The notes under the pieces: model-generated
What the model was told of the DNA's origin: nothing
What the model saw: only the letters and a program-made list of their open reading frames with translations
Databases searched by the model: none
Origin: Candidatus Uhrbacteria bacterium RIFCSPLOWO2_01_FULL_47_25
Lineage (GTDB): Bacteria; Patescibacteriota; Patescibacteriia; GWA2-46-9
Assembly (NCBI GenBank): GCA_001791325.1
Contig: MGEK01000033.1
Coordinates: 8,370-72,369 of the forward strand
Reading direction: 5' to 3'
DNA: 64,000 nucleotides
Shown: positions 28,735 to 38,527 of the stretch, piece by piece
Layout of the letters: each line of letters opens with the position of its first letter
How positions within the stretch are numbered: the first letter of the stretch is position 1
Position numbers and translations under genes: made by a program

Positions 28735-30582
28735 ATGTCTCGCTCAATTTTTGCTTCCGGACGCCCTTGGCTTGCGGTAGTCGCTCTTGGTCTCGCGGCT
28801 TTTTTTGTATGGGGCTGGTGGGCGACGGCTCCGCCGGCGGAAGGGTATATTGCCGACAATGTATTTGTGGGAGATACAGTCCTCGGCGGTTTAACCGTGG
28901 CGGAAGCTGAACAAGCATTGCAAAAGCGTCTTGATGAATTAAAGTCAGGCGGTTTGGCATTTACCTATGACGGCCAGAGCGTTGTTATTAATTCCACCAC
29001 TGATCCCACTGATGATCCTGATGTGGTGCGTGAAATAGTTGATGTTGACATATCGGCCACTGTGCAACGTGCTTATGCCGTTGGACGTGTTTGGCGTTTA
29101 GGGTTAGGCCGTCCGCGAATGGTTGTGCCCGCTTTTGTAACTATTCGTGAAAAAGATTTATTTGAAGCCATTCTTGCTAATTTCCCAGACCTTGAAAGAC
29201 CGGCGATTGAGTCAGCCTTTGTTGTTGATCAAGAAACAAAAGAGCTAATTGTAATACCGGAATCTGTTGGTCAGCGTCTTAATAGGAGTGATGCTATAGG
29301 AGAGCTGAAGAGATCCCTGGAAAGATTATCAAACACCGAGGTTGCCCTATCGGTCACAATTGAAAACCCTCAATCCACACAAGAAGAAGGTCGCGCTTTA
29401 CTGCCACAGGTGAAAGAAATTTTAGCTAAATTGCCTTTTGAAATCAAATACGAAGATCAAAACTGGCAGCTTAATCAAGCTGAAGTATTACCCCATCTTA
29501 TTGTCGTGAAAAAGGATAACTTATGGGCATTGGGTCTGCGCCAGGGATTTGTGGATGCTATTCTCGAGCCAATTTCCAAAGAAGTTTCTCGTTCTGTTTC
29601 GGCCGCGCGCTTTAAGATGGAAAATGGCAAGGTGACAGTCTGGCAGCCGCCACAGGACGGGCGCGAACTGGAGATTGAATCAACACTATTGCGCCTAGAG
29701 GATCGTTTAAACAACGGTGCTTCCGGCCCCATGGAACTAGTGGTGAAAGTTGAACCAGCTCCGTCAATAGACGGCGAGGGGCGCGATCTGGGAATAAGAG
29801 AAATTATTGGTGTTGGCAAATCCAATTTTAAGGGCAGCCCCAAAAATCGTCGGCACAATATTAAAGTCGGAGCAGATACTTTAAATGGCATTCTTATTGC
29901 CCCGAATGAAGAATTTTCTCTAGTTAAAGCATTGGGCCCCATTGACGCTTCAACCGGTTATCTTCAAGAGCTCGTTATCAAAGGCAATCGTACTATTCCT
30001 GAATTTGGCGGCGGGCTTTGCCAAATCGGTACTACCATTTTTCGGGCGGCCTTGGCCTCTGGCTTGCCAATCTTGGAGAGGCAGAATCATTCTTACCGCG
30101 TCCGTTATTATGAACCGGCTGGCACTGACGCGACCATCTACGGCCCCAAGCCAGATTTTCGTTTCCTGAACGATACTGGTTATAGCATTCTTATCCAGAC
30201 TAAAATTAAGGGTGATGATTTGATTTTTGAGTTTTGGGGAACAAAAGATGGACGGCAAATTTCCCAAACCACCCCCAGGATATATAATATTACAAAACCC
30301 CCGTCCAAAAAAATTATTCCGACAACAGAGTTGCCGGAAGGTGAAGAAAAATGCACCGAGAGGGCGCACGACGGTGCGGACACGGAATTTACCTATACTG
30401 TTATTTATTCGGATGGCCCCAAGAAAGAAAAAATATTTAAGAGTCATTACCGACCATGGCAGGAAGTGTGTTTACTGGGAGTGAAAGAATTGCCGCCGGC
30501 GCCGTCCACAGATGAGACACCGCTTGAAAACGGCAATGGCACACCTGGCGCTGATTCCCCGGCCGCGGTGACAACTCCGTAA
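28735..30582 (+). CDS. VanW family protein with putative peptidoglycan-binding domains
   Basis: NRRHNI, EEFS, GGGLCQ, ERQNHS and GTDAT..DFRFLN motifs. Confidence 0.9.
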   Translation: MSRSIFASGRPWLAVVALGLAAFFVWGWWATAPPAEGYIADNVFVGDTVLGGLTVAEAEQALQKRLDELKSGGLAFTYDGQSVVINSTTDPTDDPDVVREIVDVDISATVQRAYAVGRVWRLGLGRPRMVVPAFVTIREKDLFEAILANFPDLERPAIESAFVVDQETKELIVIPESVGQRLNRSDAIGELKRSLERLSNTEVALSVTIENPQSTQEEGRALLPQVKEILAKLPFEIKYEDQNWQLNQAEVLPHLIVVKKDNLWALGLRQGFVDAILEPISKEVSRSVSAARFKMENGKVTVWQPPQDGRELEIESTLLRLEDRLNNGASGPMELVVKVEPAPSIDGEGRDLGIREIIGVGKSNFKGSPKNRRHNIKVGADTLNGILIAPNEEFSLVKALGPIDASTGYLQELVIKGNRTIPEFGGGLCQIGTTIFRAALASGLPILERQNHSYRVRYYEPAGTDATIYGPKPDFRFLNDTGYSILIQTKIKGDDLIFEFWGTKDGRQISQTTPRIYNITKPPSKKIIPTTELPEGEEKCTERAHDGADTEFTYTVIYSDGPKKEKIFKSHYRPWQEVCLLGVKELPPAPSTDETPLENGNGTPGADSPAAVTTP

Positions 30583-30587
30583 ATATG

Positions 30588-30800
30588 AAAAGCCCCAGAG
30601 TTGATCTATCACCAGGACGCGATCAGGGGCCGCTTTGACCTTGGTTGAGTGTCAGAGTCTGCATCCAAGAAATTTCTCGTGAGGGAGCATCGAGTGGGGG
30701 CACCAGATTCTCCTCGCAAAAAATCCCATGCTTGTCGTGGATGCAGGCTCTAGCATTCACCCATTACTCCATAGCTATAATAAGCGGGGTTCACACAAAA
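30588..30800 (-). ncRNA. Candidate structured small RNA (6S-like architecture)
   Basis: Long hairpin at 30646-30759 closed by CCGCTT/AAGCGG; lies between a minus-strand promoter and a terminator-like hairpin; no long ORF. Confidence 0.35.
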
Positions 30801-30806
30801 CAGACG

Positions 30807-30835
30807 AGTGTAGCACGGGTTTCTCTCCTTGTCAA
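30807..30835 (-). promoter_or_regulatory. Sigma70-type promoter
   Basis: Minus strand TTGACA-N17-TACACT, with TGC immediately before the -10. Confidence 0.65.
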
Positions 30836-30845
30836 GGGCCTCACT

Positions 30846-30951
30846 CTAAGGCAAAAGTTAAAATGCAAAATTTCAATTCAAAATTTAAAAGCGTCGGTCA
30901 CCAGAACTTTTTACTTTTGCCTTACACTTTTGCACTTTGACTCTTGAATTT
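30846..30951. repeat. AT-rich heptamer-periodic imperfect inverted repeat
   Basis: AAGGCAAAAGT..TGCAAAA..TTCAAAA left arm and ACTTTTGCCTT..TTTTGCA..CTTTGA right arm. Confidence 0.55.
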
Positions 30952-30957
30952 TTATTT

Positions 30958-32370
30958 ATGTCTCAAAATATCTCCATCGCTCGCAACACCATCGTTCAGA
31001 CTATCGGCAAAATAATTTCCATTGCCGCGGGGTGGGCAACTCTCGTTATTTTAACAAACTATCTTGGCGCCGCTGGCTTTGGCTCTTATACCATTATGTC
31101 TGCTTACTTGCAGTTTTTTGGCGTAGCCGCTGATTTAGGTTTTGTGCTGGTGAGCGCCCAGCTTTTGGCAGAAAAGCCTCAAGAAAAAGACAAGGTATTT
31201 GCTAATTTACTAACCTTTCGTTTAACAACCGCTCTGATATTATTTTTGGCGCCGCTAGTTATTTGGCTTTTCCCCTATTCACTGCTTATTAAACAAGGAG
31301 TCGTCATTCTCACATTTTCTTTTTTTATAATTGCTCTCTTGCAGGTTTTTACCGGTCTTTTCCAAAAAGAACTGGCCATGGGACGGGCCTTGCTTGGTGA
31401 GTTGGCTGGCCGTCTTGTCTTGCTGGCGGTAGTGCTAATTGCTTTGTTGGCCGAGAAGGGATTGTTATTTGTGGTTTGGGGGGTAGTCTTTGGCAGTTTG
31501 GCAAATTTGTTGCTTGTGGTTTTGTTGTCACGGAGATTTCTTAAAATTTCACTGGCTTGGGATAGAGAAATTTGGCTGACCATTTGGCAACGCTCATGGC
31601 CGATTACTTTGGGCATTGTTTTTAATCTTGTCTATTTAAAAGCCGACACGTTGATTTTATCTCTTACGCGCTCCGAGGCTGAGGTCGGAATTTACGGCGC
31701 CATGTATCGGGTGCTGGAAGTCTTAATTACTTTTCCCACCATGTTTGCCGGTCTTTTGCTGCCAGTTTTGGCCGCGGCTTGGGCGCGGCAAGATTTAATT
31801 ACTTTTCGTCAAACGCTTCAAAAATCGCTTGACGTGGTGATTTATCTGGCCTGGCCGCTTGTTATTGGTGTTGCCTTTACGGCGGCGCGCCTTTCTGCCT
31901 TGTTCGGCTCCGAGTTTCGTAATTCTGGAGTCATACTTTTAATGTTGGTTATAGCAACCAGCATAATTTTTGTAGGCACATACTTTGGCCATGTTATTGT
32001 GGCGGTGGGGCGGCAGCGCTCAATGATTTGGGCTTATGCCCTGACCGCTGCGATTAGCCTTGTTGGTTACCTTGTTTTTATTCCGGCTTATGGCGCTTAT
32101 GGCGCGGCTGGTATGACTATCGTGGCGGAGCTTATTATGGCTACCTTGGGGTATGTGATGTTGAAAAAATTTATTGGTAAGAGACCATCGCTTAGTAAAT
32201 TGGGCGTAGCGTTTTTGGCAACTGTGCCGATGGCTATTTTTCTTTGGAGCGGTGCCAGTTTGCCCTTGTTGGTTTTGATTACTGGCTCTATGCTGATTTA
32301 CGGTATTACCCTTTACGCTTTTGGCATTTTAACGCGTGAATTTATTACTGCGCTAATTGCTATTTCTTAA
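30958..32370 (+). CDS. Polysaccharide flippase (Wzx/MOP family)
   Basis: IARNT..YLGAAGFGSY..DLG, D..ILS...EVGIYGA and GAYGAA motifs; many TM helices. Confidence 0.88.
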   Translation: MSQNISIARNTIVQTIGKIISIAAGWATLVILTNYLGAAGFGSYTIMSAYLQFFGVAADLGFVLVSAQLLAEKPQEKDKVFANLLTFRLTTALILFLAPLVIWLFPYSLLIKQGVVILTFSFFIIALLQVFTGLFQKELAMGRALLGELAGRLVLLAVVLIALLAEKGLLFVVWGVVFGSLANLLLVVLLSRRFLKISLAWDREIWLTIWQRSWPITLGIVFNLVYLKADTLILSLTRSEAEVGIYGAMYRVLEVLITFPTMFAGLLLPVLAAAWARQDLITFRQTLQKSLDVVIYLAWPLVIGVAFTAARLSALFGSEFRNSGVILLMLVIATSIIFVGTYFGHVIVAVGRQRSMIWAYALTAAISLVGYLVFIPAYGAYGAAGMTIVAELIMATLGYVMLKKFIGKRPSLSKLGVAFLATVPMAIFLWSGASLPLLVLITGSMLIYGITLYAFGILTREFITALIAIS

Positions 32371-32377
32371 TAACGAA

Positions 32378-33697
32378 ATGATGATTATTTTGGCCGTAAT
32401 TTATTTTTTGCTTTTTGTGGCGTTGGCTTATCGTTCAGATAAGCTGGCCTTGGCGTTACTGGCAGCTCTCTTGCCGACATACGGTTTGCGTTTTTCTGTG
32501 GCTGGCGTGCCGACGACTTTTCTTGAAGTATCAATTTGGGCCATAGCTATAGTGTGGTTTTACAAACAGTGGCGGTCTCACGGATTTCCGCGTTGGCCTT
32601 CTTTAATTGAAGCGCAGAGCGACAAAAACCCATTTGCGCCATATCTTTGGCTAATTTTACTTTGGATTTTTGTGGCCACACTGTCCGCGGCAATTTCTCC
32701 CAATCCCGTGGCCGCGCTCGGTATCTGGAAAGCATATTTTGTTGATCCTTTGTTAGTATTTGTTTTGGTTGTTTCCATTTTTCGCGGCACAAAAGAGAGC
32801 TGGTGGCTTATTTATTCTTTGGGAGCAACCGTTGTGGCTATTGGCAGCTTGGCTTGGTATCAAAAATTCACAGGACTGTGGTTGCCCGAGCCCTGGGCAA
32901 CAGAACTGCCCCTGCGAGTAACATCTTGGTATTCATATCCCAACGCGGTTGGGCTTTTTGTCGGGCCAATATTGACGGCTTACCTTGTATGGTTGATGCG
33001 AGATATTAAACGCGAGCCACCTCATTTATTCTCTCATCTTTGGAAACTACTAGTTGTTATCTTAGGCACTGGCGCAATAATATTTTCTCTCACCAAAGGA
33101 GCGTGGGTTGGGGTTGTCGTCGGCGCGGTTGTCGGGGCTTTGTTCGTTTGGCAAAATTATTGGCGCAAAATTATTTTGGGCGGTATGCTTTTGGCCGCGG
33201 TATTATTAATTTTTATGCCAACCGCAAGAGGCGCGCTCTGGGAACAATTTACGTTTCAGTCTGCATCAGGCAAGATGCGCCTTGTTGTTTGGGAAGAAAC
33301 TATTTCTTTGCTAAAAGATCATCCAATTCAAGGCGCTGGTTTGGCTGGTTATCAAATGGCACTCGCGCCCTATCACCAAGAATGGCGCAAAGATATTTCG
33401 TCCTACAAGCTGGAAATTTTTCTATACCCACACAATATCATCCTGAATTTTTGGGTGGAGCTTGGTCTTGCTGGTTTGATAATTTTTATTTGGCTTCTTC
33501 TAGTGTTTGGCAAAACAGTTTGGAAAAACCGCGCTGATCCCATGGCGCAACTATCCGCCGCCGCCATGGTTGCCTTGCTTGTTCATGGACTAGTTGATGT
33601 CCCTTATTTCAAAAACGATCTAGCCGTACTATTTTGGGTGATTATGGCATTACCACTATTAGTTTCTGTGTCTTCGTCTAGCGTTTTTTCAGACTAA
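32378..33697 (+). CDS. O-antigen ligase/polymerase family protein
   Basis: YPNAVG, SLTKGAW, R..VW..HPIQGAG and YPHNIILNFWVELG motifs. Confidence 0.88.
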   Translation: MMIILAVIYFLLFVALAYRSDKLALALLAALLPTYGLRFSVAGVPTTFLEVSIWAIAIVWFYKQWRSHGFPRWPSLIEAQSDKNPFAPYLWLILLWIFVATLSAAISPNPVAALGIWKAYFVDPLLVFVLVVSIFRGTKESWWLIYSLGATVVAIGSLAWYQKFTGLWLPEPWATELPLRVTSWYSYPNAVGLFVGPILTAYLVWLMRDIKREPPHLFSHLWKLLVVILGTGAIIFSLTKGAWVGVVVGAVVGALFVWQNYWRKIILGGMLLAAVLLIFMPTARGALWEQFTFQSASGKMRLVVWEETISLLKDHPIQGAGLAGYQMALAPYHQEWRKDISSYKLEIFLYPHNIILNFWVELGLAGLIIFIWLLLVFGKTVWKNRADPMAQLSAAAMVALLVHGLVDVPYFKNDLAVLFWVIMALPLLVSVSSSSVFSD

Positions 33698-33715
33698 AAA
33701 ACAACCACGCGGCCG

Positions 33716-34336
33716 TTAAGACGTTAGCCGCGCGAACACACCATTAAATTTTTTTGCTCGGATAGCTAAAGCAAGTTCGTAGACGCTAAAAAAAGAGGCG
33801 TTGTAAAAAAGATCGGCCAAAAGGGAATTTCTGAAAAATGGTATAGCCATAGTATAGGAGAGAAGCAGTCCTGACGGAGTGTGTGCGTACCAGTTAGATA
33901 AATACCAGACAGCGAAATTGGTAGTAATGAAAAATATTACCGAGCCAGAGAGCGAAGCGAGTAAAATATTGCTCGCGGATTTATTTTTTCTTATTATCCA
34001 GCCGATTGGCGCAATGATCGCGAAGCTCGCGTACACGACCATCATTAACCGCCAGTCATAAAAACCAATAAAAAAATCGCTAATAAGCATGACCGCGATT
34101 GGCAGGAAGAATCCATAACGTTTGGGCAGATAAACGCCGACCCAAAGAGCGAGCGCTCCAATGGGCACGAAGTTAGGCGCGTGGTAGAGCAAGCGCGCCG
34201 CTACTCCGAAAATAATAAAAAACGAAGCGCCCCATAGACATAGGTTCGCAATTGCGGACCGTCCGAAATTTTTGGGCGCGGAGCCCCACACTATCCCGCT
34301 TGGCGGGATTGGTGCGGAGGAGAAGCCGCTAATCAT
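33716..34336 (-). CDS. Putative ECF S-component-like vitamin transporter (DUF6580-like) with in-frame mini-element near its N-terminus
   Basis: RLL.HAPNFVPIGALAL, FFITTNFAVW and AIPFFRNSLLADL motifs. ATG 34336 lies 2 nt after the upstream stop. Confidence 0.75.
   Translation of the reverse strand: MISGFSSAPIPPSGIVWGSAPKNFGRSAIANLCLWGASFFIIFGVAARLLYHAPNFVPIGALALWVGVYLPKRYGFFLPIAVMLISDFFIGFYDWRLMMVVYASFAIIAPIGWIIRKNKSASNILLASLSGSVIFFITTNFAVWYLSNWYAHTPSGLLLSYTMAIPFFRNSLLADLFYNASFFSVYELALAIRAKKFNGVFARLTS
34284..34318. mobile_element. 35-bp mini element (CCCCGCACC-like ends plus ATCCCGC/GCGGGAT hairpin), TSD GGAG, in-frame
   Basis: GGAG at 34280-34283 and 34319-34322; 35+4=39 nt, i.e. 13 codons. 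Confidence 0.6.
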
Positions 34337-34338
34337 AT

Positions 34339-34800
34339 TTAAAACCCCTGATCTGGCAAAAATTTCCACTCAATAATATCACCATTTTTTGGTTGATATG
34401 AACTCGCGCCCACATCCGGTCTTTTATTGTTCACCCAATATTGCCAATAGCTTGTCCCTGTGCCATTGCTTTTATCGCCGATTTTGGTAACTAAGGCGCC
34501 GAGGCCGGCGTATTCCTTGTATTCAAGGGGAATGTTTGTCGTGGCGAACGCGTTTTTCATTGTGTCTAGAAGATTGGCGTTATTGTTGACCTCAATATCA
34601 TTCATGGTTTTGACTGTGCCGTCCTCAAAATCAACCATGATGCTGATTTTTGGTTGCCCTTGCGTTGTTACTAATTCTCTTTGCGGATTTGCCGTTATTT
34701 TGGAAGGCGACAAATTTTTATAGCCAAAATACAGGCCGCCACCAAAACCAATGACAAGGGCCAAAACAATGAATAGAAAAATTTTGAATTTTGAGGACAT
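34339..34800 (-). CDS. DUF4430 (transcobalamin-like C-terminal) membrane-anchored protein
   Basis: GALVTKIG..NG..YWQYWVN...VGASSY..KNGDIIEW pattern. Confidence 0.85.
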   Translation of the reverse strand: MSSKFKIFLFIVLALVIGFGGGLYFGYKNLSPSKITANPQRELVTTQGQPKISIMVDFEDGTVKTMNDIEVNNNANLLDTMKNAFATTNIPLEYKEYAGLGALVTKIGDKSNGTGTSYWQYWVNNKRPDVGASSYQPKNGDIIEWKFLPDQGF

Positions 34801-34801
34801 A

Positions 34802-34931
34802 CCCCGTTAGAAGTTTCTGGCCCCGCTATGCGGGGCTGTGGTCCCGCCATGCGGGATAGTATTTAATTGGTTAATAGATTGCATCATGGTTAAAAGATTA
34901 AACATTATGTTAAGCCAGACTTCTAATGGGG
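34802..34931 (-). mobile_element. 130-bp MITE-like element, CCCCGTTAGAA family, inverted, on the DUF4430 start codon
   Basis: TIR CCCCGTTAGAAGT/ACTTCTAATGGGG; on the minus strand it reads CATG[element]TATG; two nested GC hairpins. Confidence 0.8.
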
Positions 34932-35061
34932 CATGCGATCAGTATAAAGTATTTTTTGGAAACGAGGTAGAGGATGTTTGTTGGCTTGTAGCTACTGCTT
35001 TAATATGGTAGCGTAGGAAACAAGGCGACTGGATAGTTTGTCGTATAGAATAATAACTAAT

Positions 35062-35152
35062 GGCGAGGTGCCGGAGCGGTTGAACGGGCCGCACTCGAAA
35101 TGCGGTAAACCCCACAAGGGTTTCGTGAGTTCGAATCTCACCCTCGCCGCCA
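35062..35152 (+). tRNA. tRNA-Ser(CGA), CCA encoded
   Basis: Acceptor GGCGAGG/CCTCGCC, anticodon CCGCA-CTCGAAA-TGCGG, long variable arm. Confidence 0.95.
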
Positions 35153-35250
35153 AGAAAATTTATTATCGTGTAGACCTATATAGTCGAGATAACGGGGCAA
35201 CCCGAGTAGTTAATAGATATAGCACAACATCGATTAAAAAACACATTACC

Positions 35251-36033
35251 ATGAGTGAATCAATACCAATTTCAACACAATGGCTTTTAGACGCCTCTGA
35301 AGAGCCGAATCGTAAAGCAATTAATTCTGTTTATCTAATATATTGCGATAAAACGCAAAGCAAAGGAACTGGATTTGCAATAAAAAGTGGTCAAATAATA
35401 ACAAACTGGCATGTCGTTAAAGGTTGTACTTTCGCCGAAGTCGTTGCAATCTCAAGCGATAACAAACAACTCAAATTTACTAAGTTAGTTGTAGACGAAA
35501 ACCGAGACCTTGCAATCCTAACTCCAGAATCATCAATAATCAGTGATTTAGAAATTGACAATCAAAAGGTTGAAACCGAAACAAAAGTTTTGACATGGGG
35601 ACATCCTCTTGCATATAACGGCCCTAGTCCCATTTTGTCCGTTGGCTATTTAGCAGGTTTTAACGATTACCAAAAAGATAAAGATAGCCCAAAAGTAAAA
35701 AGATATATAATAAATGGGGCATTGAACCCCGGCAATTCTGGTGGGCCGCTTTTTATTGCTGGTACAAACAAAGTTGTTGGTGTTGTAGTTGCCAAGCATG
35801 CTCCTATCACCCAATTTCTATTATCAGCCATAAAAGCGTTAGCAGAAAATAAAAATGGTCTACAGTATACTGGCACAAACGAAAAAGGAGAACATATTAA
35901 TTTTGCGGAATCTCAAATTGTAGCTGAACTTCTCGAACATCAAAGAAAATTGACTCAAGTTATGCTTGGCGAGGCTATAGTAATTGATGAATTAATTGCT
36001 TTCCTTAAAGAAAATAAAATTGAAGGTCGGTAG
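35251..36033 (+). CDS. Trypsin-like (S1) serine protease
   Basis: GTGF, TNWHVV, DLA and NPGNSGGPL motifs. Start placed at ATG 35251 because the longer ORF overlaps the tRNA. Confidence 0.85.
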   Translation: MSESIPISTQWLLDASEEPNRKAINSVYLIYCDKTQSKGTGFAIKSGQIITNWHVVKGCTFAEVVAISSDNKQLKFTKLVVDENRDLAILTPESSIISDLEIDNQKVETETKVLTWGHPLAYNGPSPILSVGYLAGFNDYQKDKDSPKVKRYIINGALNPGNSGGPLFIAGTNKVVGVVVAKHAPITQFLLSAIKALAENKNGLQYTGTNEKGEHINFAESQIVAELLEHQRKLTQVMLGEAIVIDELIAFLKENKIEGR

Positions 36034-36167
36034 GCCATCGTTCAACATGGCATATTTGTTCTAGAAATTTTACACTGTAATAAAATTATAAAGGAATTAG
36101 AGAGAATAGTTTTAAATAGCTGACCAATGTACCTAAAAATCGCGCTGTAAAATTACTTTAAAAAATA

Positions 36168-36857
36168 ATGACAAAAGAACAGGAAAAAATAATTGAGGAA
36201 TTAATTACTGAGGGAACAAAAAGAATCCAGGCGCCTCGAAATATTAATCCATTTGAAACAGGCATCCCAAAAGCCGAAGAATTGTTAAATGATTTAGAAC
36301 ATTTTCCATATATTTTTGTTTTGGCGTGTGTAATGGACAGACAGATAAGGACTGGTCGAGCTTGGGCTATTCCGTATCATGTAGGTAAAGAAATTGGCGG
36401 GTTTGAATTTTCAAATTTTCTGAAATTTAATATAAATGAAATCAGGACGATTTTCATCAAAAAATCATTGCATCGTTTTAATGAAGTGATGGCGAAAAAC
36501 TTTTACTTGGCAATCCAAGATATTCATTCAAAATATAATGACAATGCCGCAAATATATGGGCAGGCAAACCCAAAAGTGCATCGGTCATTAGACGTTTTC
36601 TTGAATTCAAGGGGGTGGGTATAAAAATTGCAAATATGGCCGCTAACATTTTGGCTAGAGATTTTAAAATACCAATGGTTGATTATTCTTCAATTGATAT
36701 TGCGCCGGATGTTCAAGTAAAAAGATTTTTTACTCATTATGGTTTATTGCGAAAGGGCGGAAGTAAAGAAGAATTAATTTATCTTGCTCGAGAGATATAT
36801 CCAAAGTATCCTGGTATTCTCGATATTGCTGCGTGGGAACTTGGAAGAAAGCTTTAA
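36168..36857 (+). CDS. HhH-GPD/endonuclease III-like protein without C-terminal Fe-S motif
   Basis: FKGVGIKIANMA (HhH), DVQVKR and LDIAAWELGR, then stop. Confidence 0.7.
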   Translation: MTKEQEKIIEELITEGTKRIQAPRNINPFETGIPKAEELLNDLEHFPYIFVLACVMDRQIRTGRAWAIPYHVGKEIGGFEFSNFLKFNINEIRTIFIKKSLHRFNEVMAKNFYLAIQDIHSKYNDNAANIWAGKPKSASVIRRFLEFKGVGIKIANMAANILARDFKIPMVDYSSIDIAPDVQVKRFFTHYGLLRKGGSKEELIYLAREIYPKYPGILDIAAWELGRKL

Positions 36858-37011
36858 AAATAGAAAATAAAATACATCATTTTTTTATACCCCGACCCAC
36901 GTGCCTTAAATCCATCTCTGTTCAGAAAGTCAAAAAAGCCCTATTATACTCTTATAATATCGACATTTTGGGATACTTAACCCGAGTGGCCCGAATATAA
37001 TTCTATTTAAT

Positions 37012-37641
37012 ATGCATAACATAAAATCAATTTTTGGGACAATTTTTTTCCTGACATTTATAGGCGTTTTTGTAAGTATATTTTTTTACAAAGAAGCCGT
37101 GCCATTTATTGCCGGCGCTAGTTTTATGTCCCTTGGCCTATTTATGTCAATGGATACTGCCGGTTGGCGAATCTCCTCTTCTGCTGGAAAGGTTCTGGTA
37201 ATTATTTCTTTTATTGTGATGGGGATTATCTCAATTTATATTGGATATCAAAACTACAAAACCATACAAATCTATGCACTTGAGCTAAGGGAGGAAAGTA
37301 AAAATCAGTGGCGGGCAACGTTCCGGGTTCCCGAAGACGTTTCCTTGTCATCAGAACGGCACATTTTAAGATTTTATGTTACTTATCGGGCTCGTCCAGC
37401 AAGTAGTGGTAGAATAACCTTGCACATAAGATCCCCTCTAGAGCGTCATGATATCACTGGCGAAATCCGCGGTCAGTACAATAGTAATAATAAATTACGC
37501 CCAACCACCATCTCGTCGTCCCTTGGAGATGGCTACGTGTTTGTACCTACCTTGGGTCAATACTCAATTAGTGCAGAGGTTGAAAAAGATGTTTCTGTAG
37601 ATATTAATTCCATAAAATTAGAAATTAGAAAGCCGCGATGA
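37012..37641 (+). CDS. Hypothetical membrane protein
   Basis: About three N-terminal TM helices plus a beta-rich domain. Confidence 0.6.
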   Translation: MHNIKSIFGTIFFLTFIGVFVSIFFYKEAVPFIAGASFMSLGLFMSMDTAGWRISSSAGKVLVIISFIVMGIISIYIGYQNYKTIQIYALELREESKNQWRATFRVPEDVSLSSERHILRFYVTYRARPASSGRITLHIRSPLERHDITGEIRGQYNSNNKLRPTTISSSLGDGYVFVPTLGQYSISAEVEKDVSVDINSIKLEIRKPR

Positions 37642-37692
37642 ATCAGTCCCGCACTACAAACTCATTAACAAAGAAATTATTTTTAAAACTAT

Positions 37693-38010
37693 ATGACCAA
37701 TAAAAGTATTATTACACGCAGTATCATAAACGCCCTAGGAGTTATCGTTTATGTGCTCTTGGTGGCTTCTATTTTTACGGTCGGCAAAGATATTTTTGGC
37801 CCAATGCCGGGACTCTTTGGGCCATTTGTGTTTTTGCTTTTGTTTGTGCTTTCGGCGGCGATTGTCGGTTCACTCATTTTCGGCAAACCCGCCTTTCTTT
37901 TTCTTGATGGTCAAAAGAAAGAAGCGCTCACCATGTTTCTCTACACAATACTTTGGCTTTTTATTGTTACTTTCTGTACGCTTGCCGTCGTGGCAATTCT
38001 TCGCCCATAG
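37693..38010 (+). CDS. Small membrane protein
   Basis: Three TM helices; LLLFVLSAAIVGSLIFGKP. Confidence 0.7.
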   Translation: MTNKSIITRSIINALGVIVYVLLVASIFTVGKDIFGPMPGLFGPFVFLLLFVLSAAIVGSLIFGKPAFLFLDGQKKEALTMFLYTILWLFIVTFCTLAVVAILRP

Positions 38011-38132
38011 CCTCGGAGTTGCGCAACATGCGGTGGGGGCCGTGCATATATTTGTAGAAATATCACAAGTGTGGTATTTTTGATTTAGGCTTTCTCTCTT
38101 GAAACTTTACAACAGATAAGGAGGGTTTTAGG

Positions 38133-38417
38133 ATGCGCTTTGTGTTATTCTTGTTTATTGTAAGTCCATTACTAGTTTTGGGGGCGGGACTTATAACGAT
38201 ACCCCTCACGATTGTGGACATAAAGAGGAAGCTTCGAAAAGCAGAAAAGTTCAACAGGGGGCATAAAATCTGGTGCCGTGCAGGGGTGGAGGGTTCAAGT
38301 CAGTGCACTTGCGCAGGGCCGCCGTCTATTGACGGAAAGATGACGGGCTTGGAGATATCTGAGCGTTGGCGCTTGATTTGGTTGGCATCAACAAGAGAAG
38401 CCAATTTGGCGAAGTAG
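38133..38417 (+). CDS. Hypothetical protein
   Basis: AAGGAGG upstream of the ATG; N-terminal TM. Confidence 0.45.
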   Translation: MRFVLFLFIVSPLLVLGAGLITIPLTIVDIKRKLRKAEKFNRGHKIWCRAGVEGSSQCTCAGPPSIDGKMTGLEISERWRLIWLASTREANLAK

Positions 38418-38527
38418 CTTTTCAGCAACTGCCCCTCTCTCCCGTCCTGTAATCTTGATGGTCTGAATTGATGGCGCTATCCGCAAAAGGAGGCGCCATC
38501 TTTTCTCATCAGTAGTGAATAGTGACT

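Noticed and set aside
30645-30947. Plus-strand ORFs of 100 and 70 aa
   Set aside because: They run through a hairpin, a promoter and a heptamer repeat, with no protein-like features.
34932-35060. Cobalamin riboswitch upstream of the DUF4430 operon
   Set aside because: No recognisable B12-box or conserved GGGAA core in the short available region.
35038-35250. N-terminal extension of the protease ORF
   Set aside because: Overlaps tRNA-Ser; the real start is ATG 35251.
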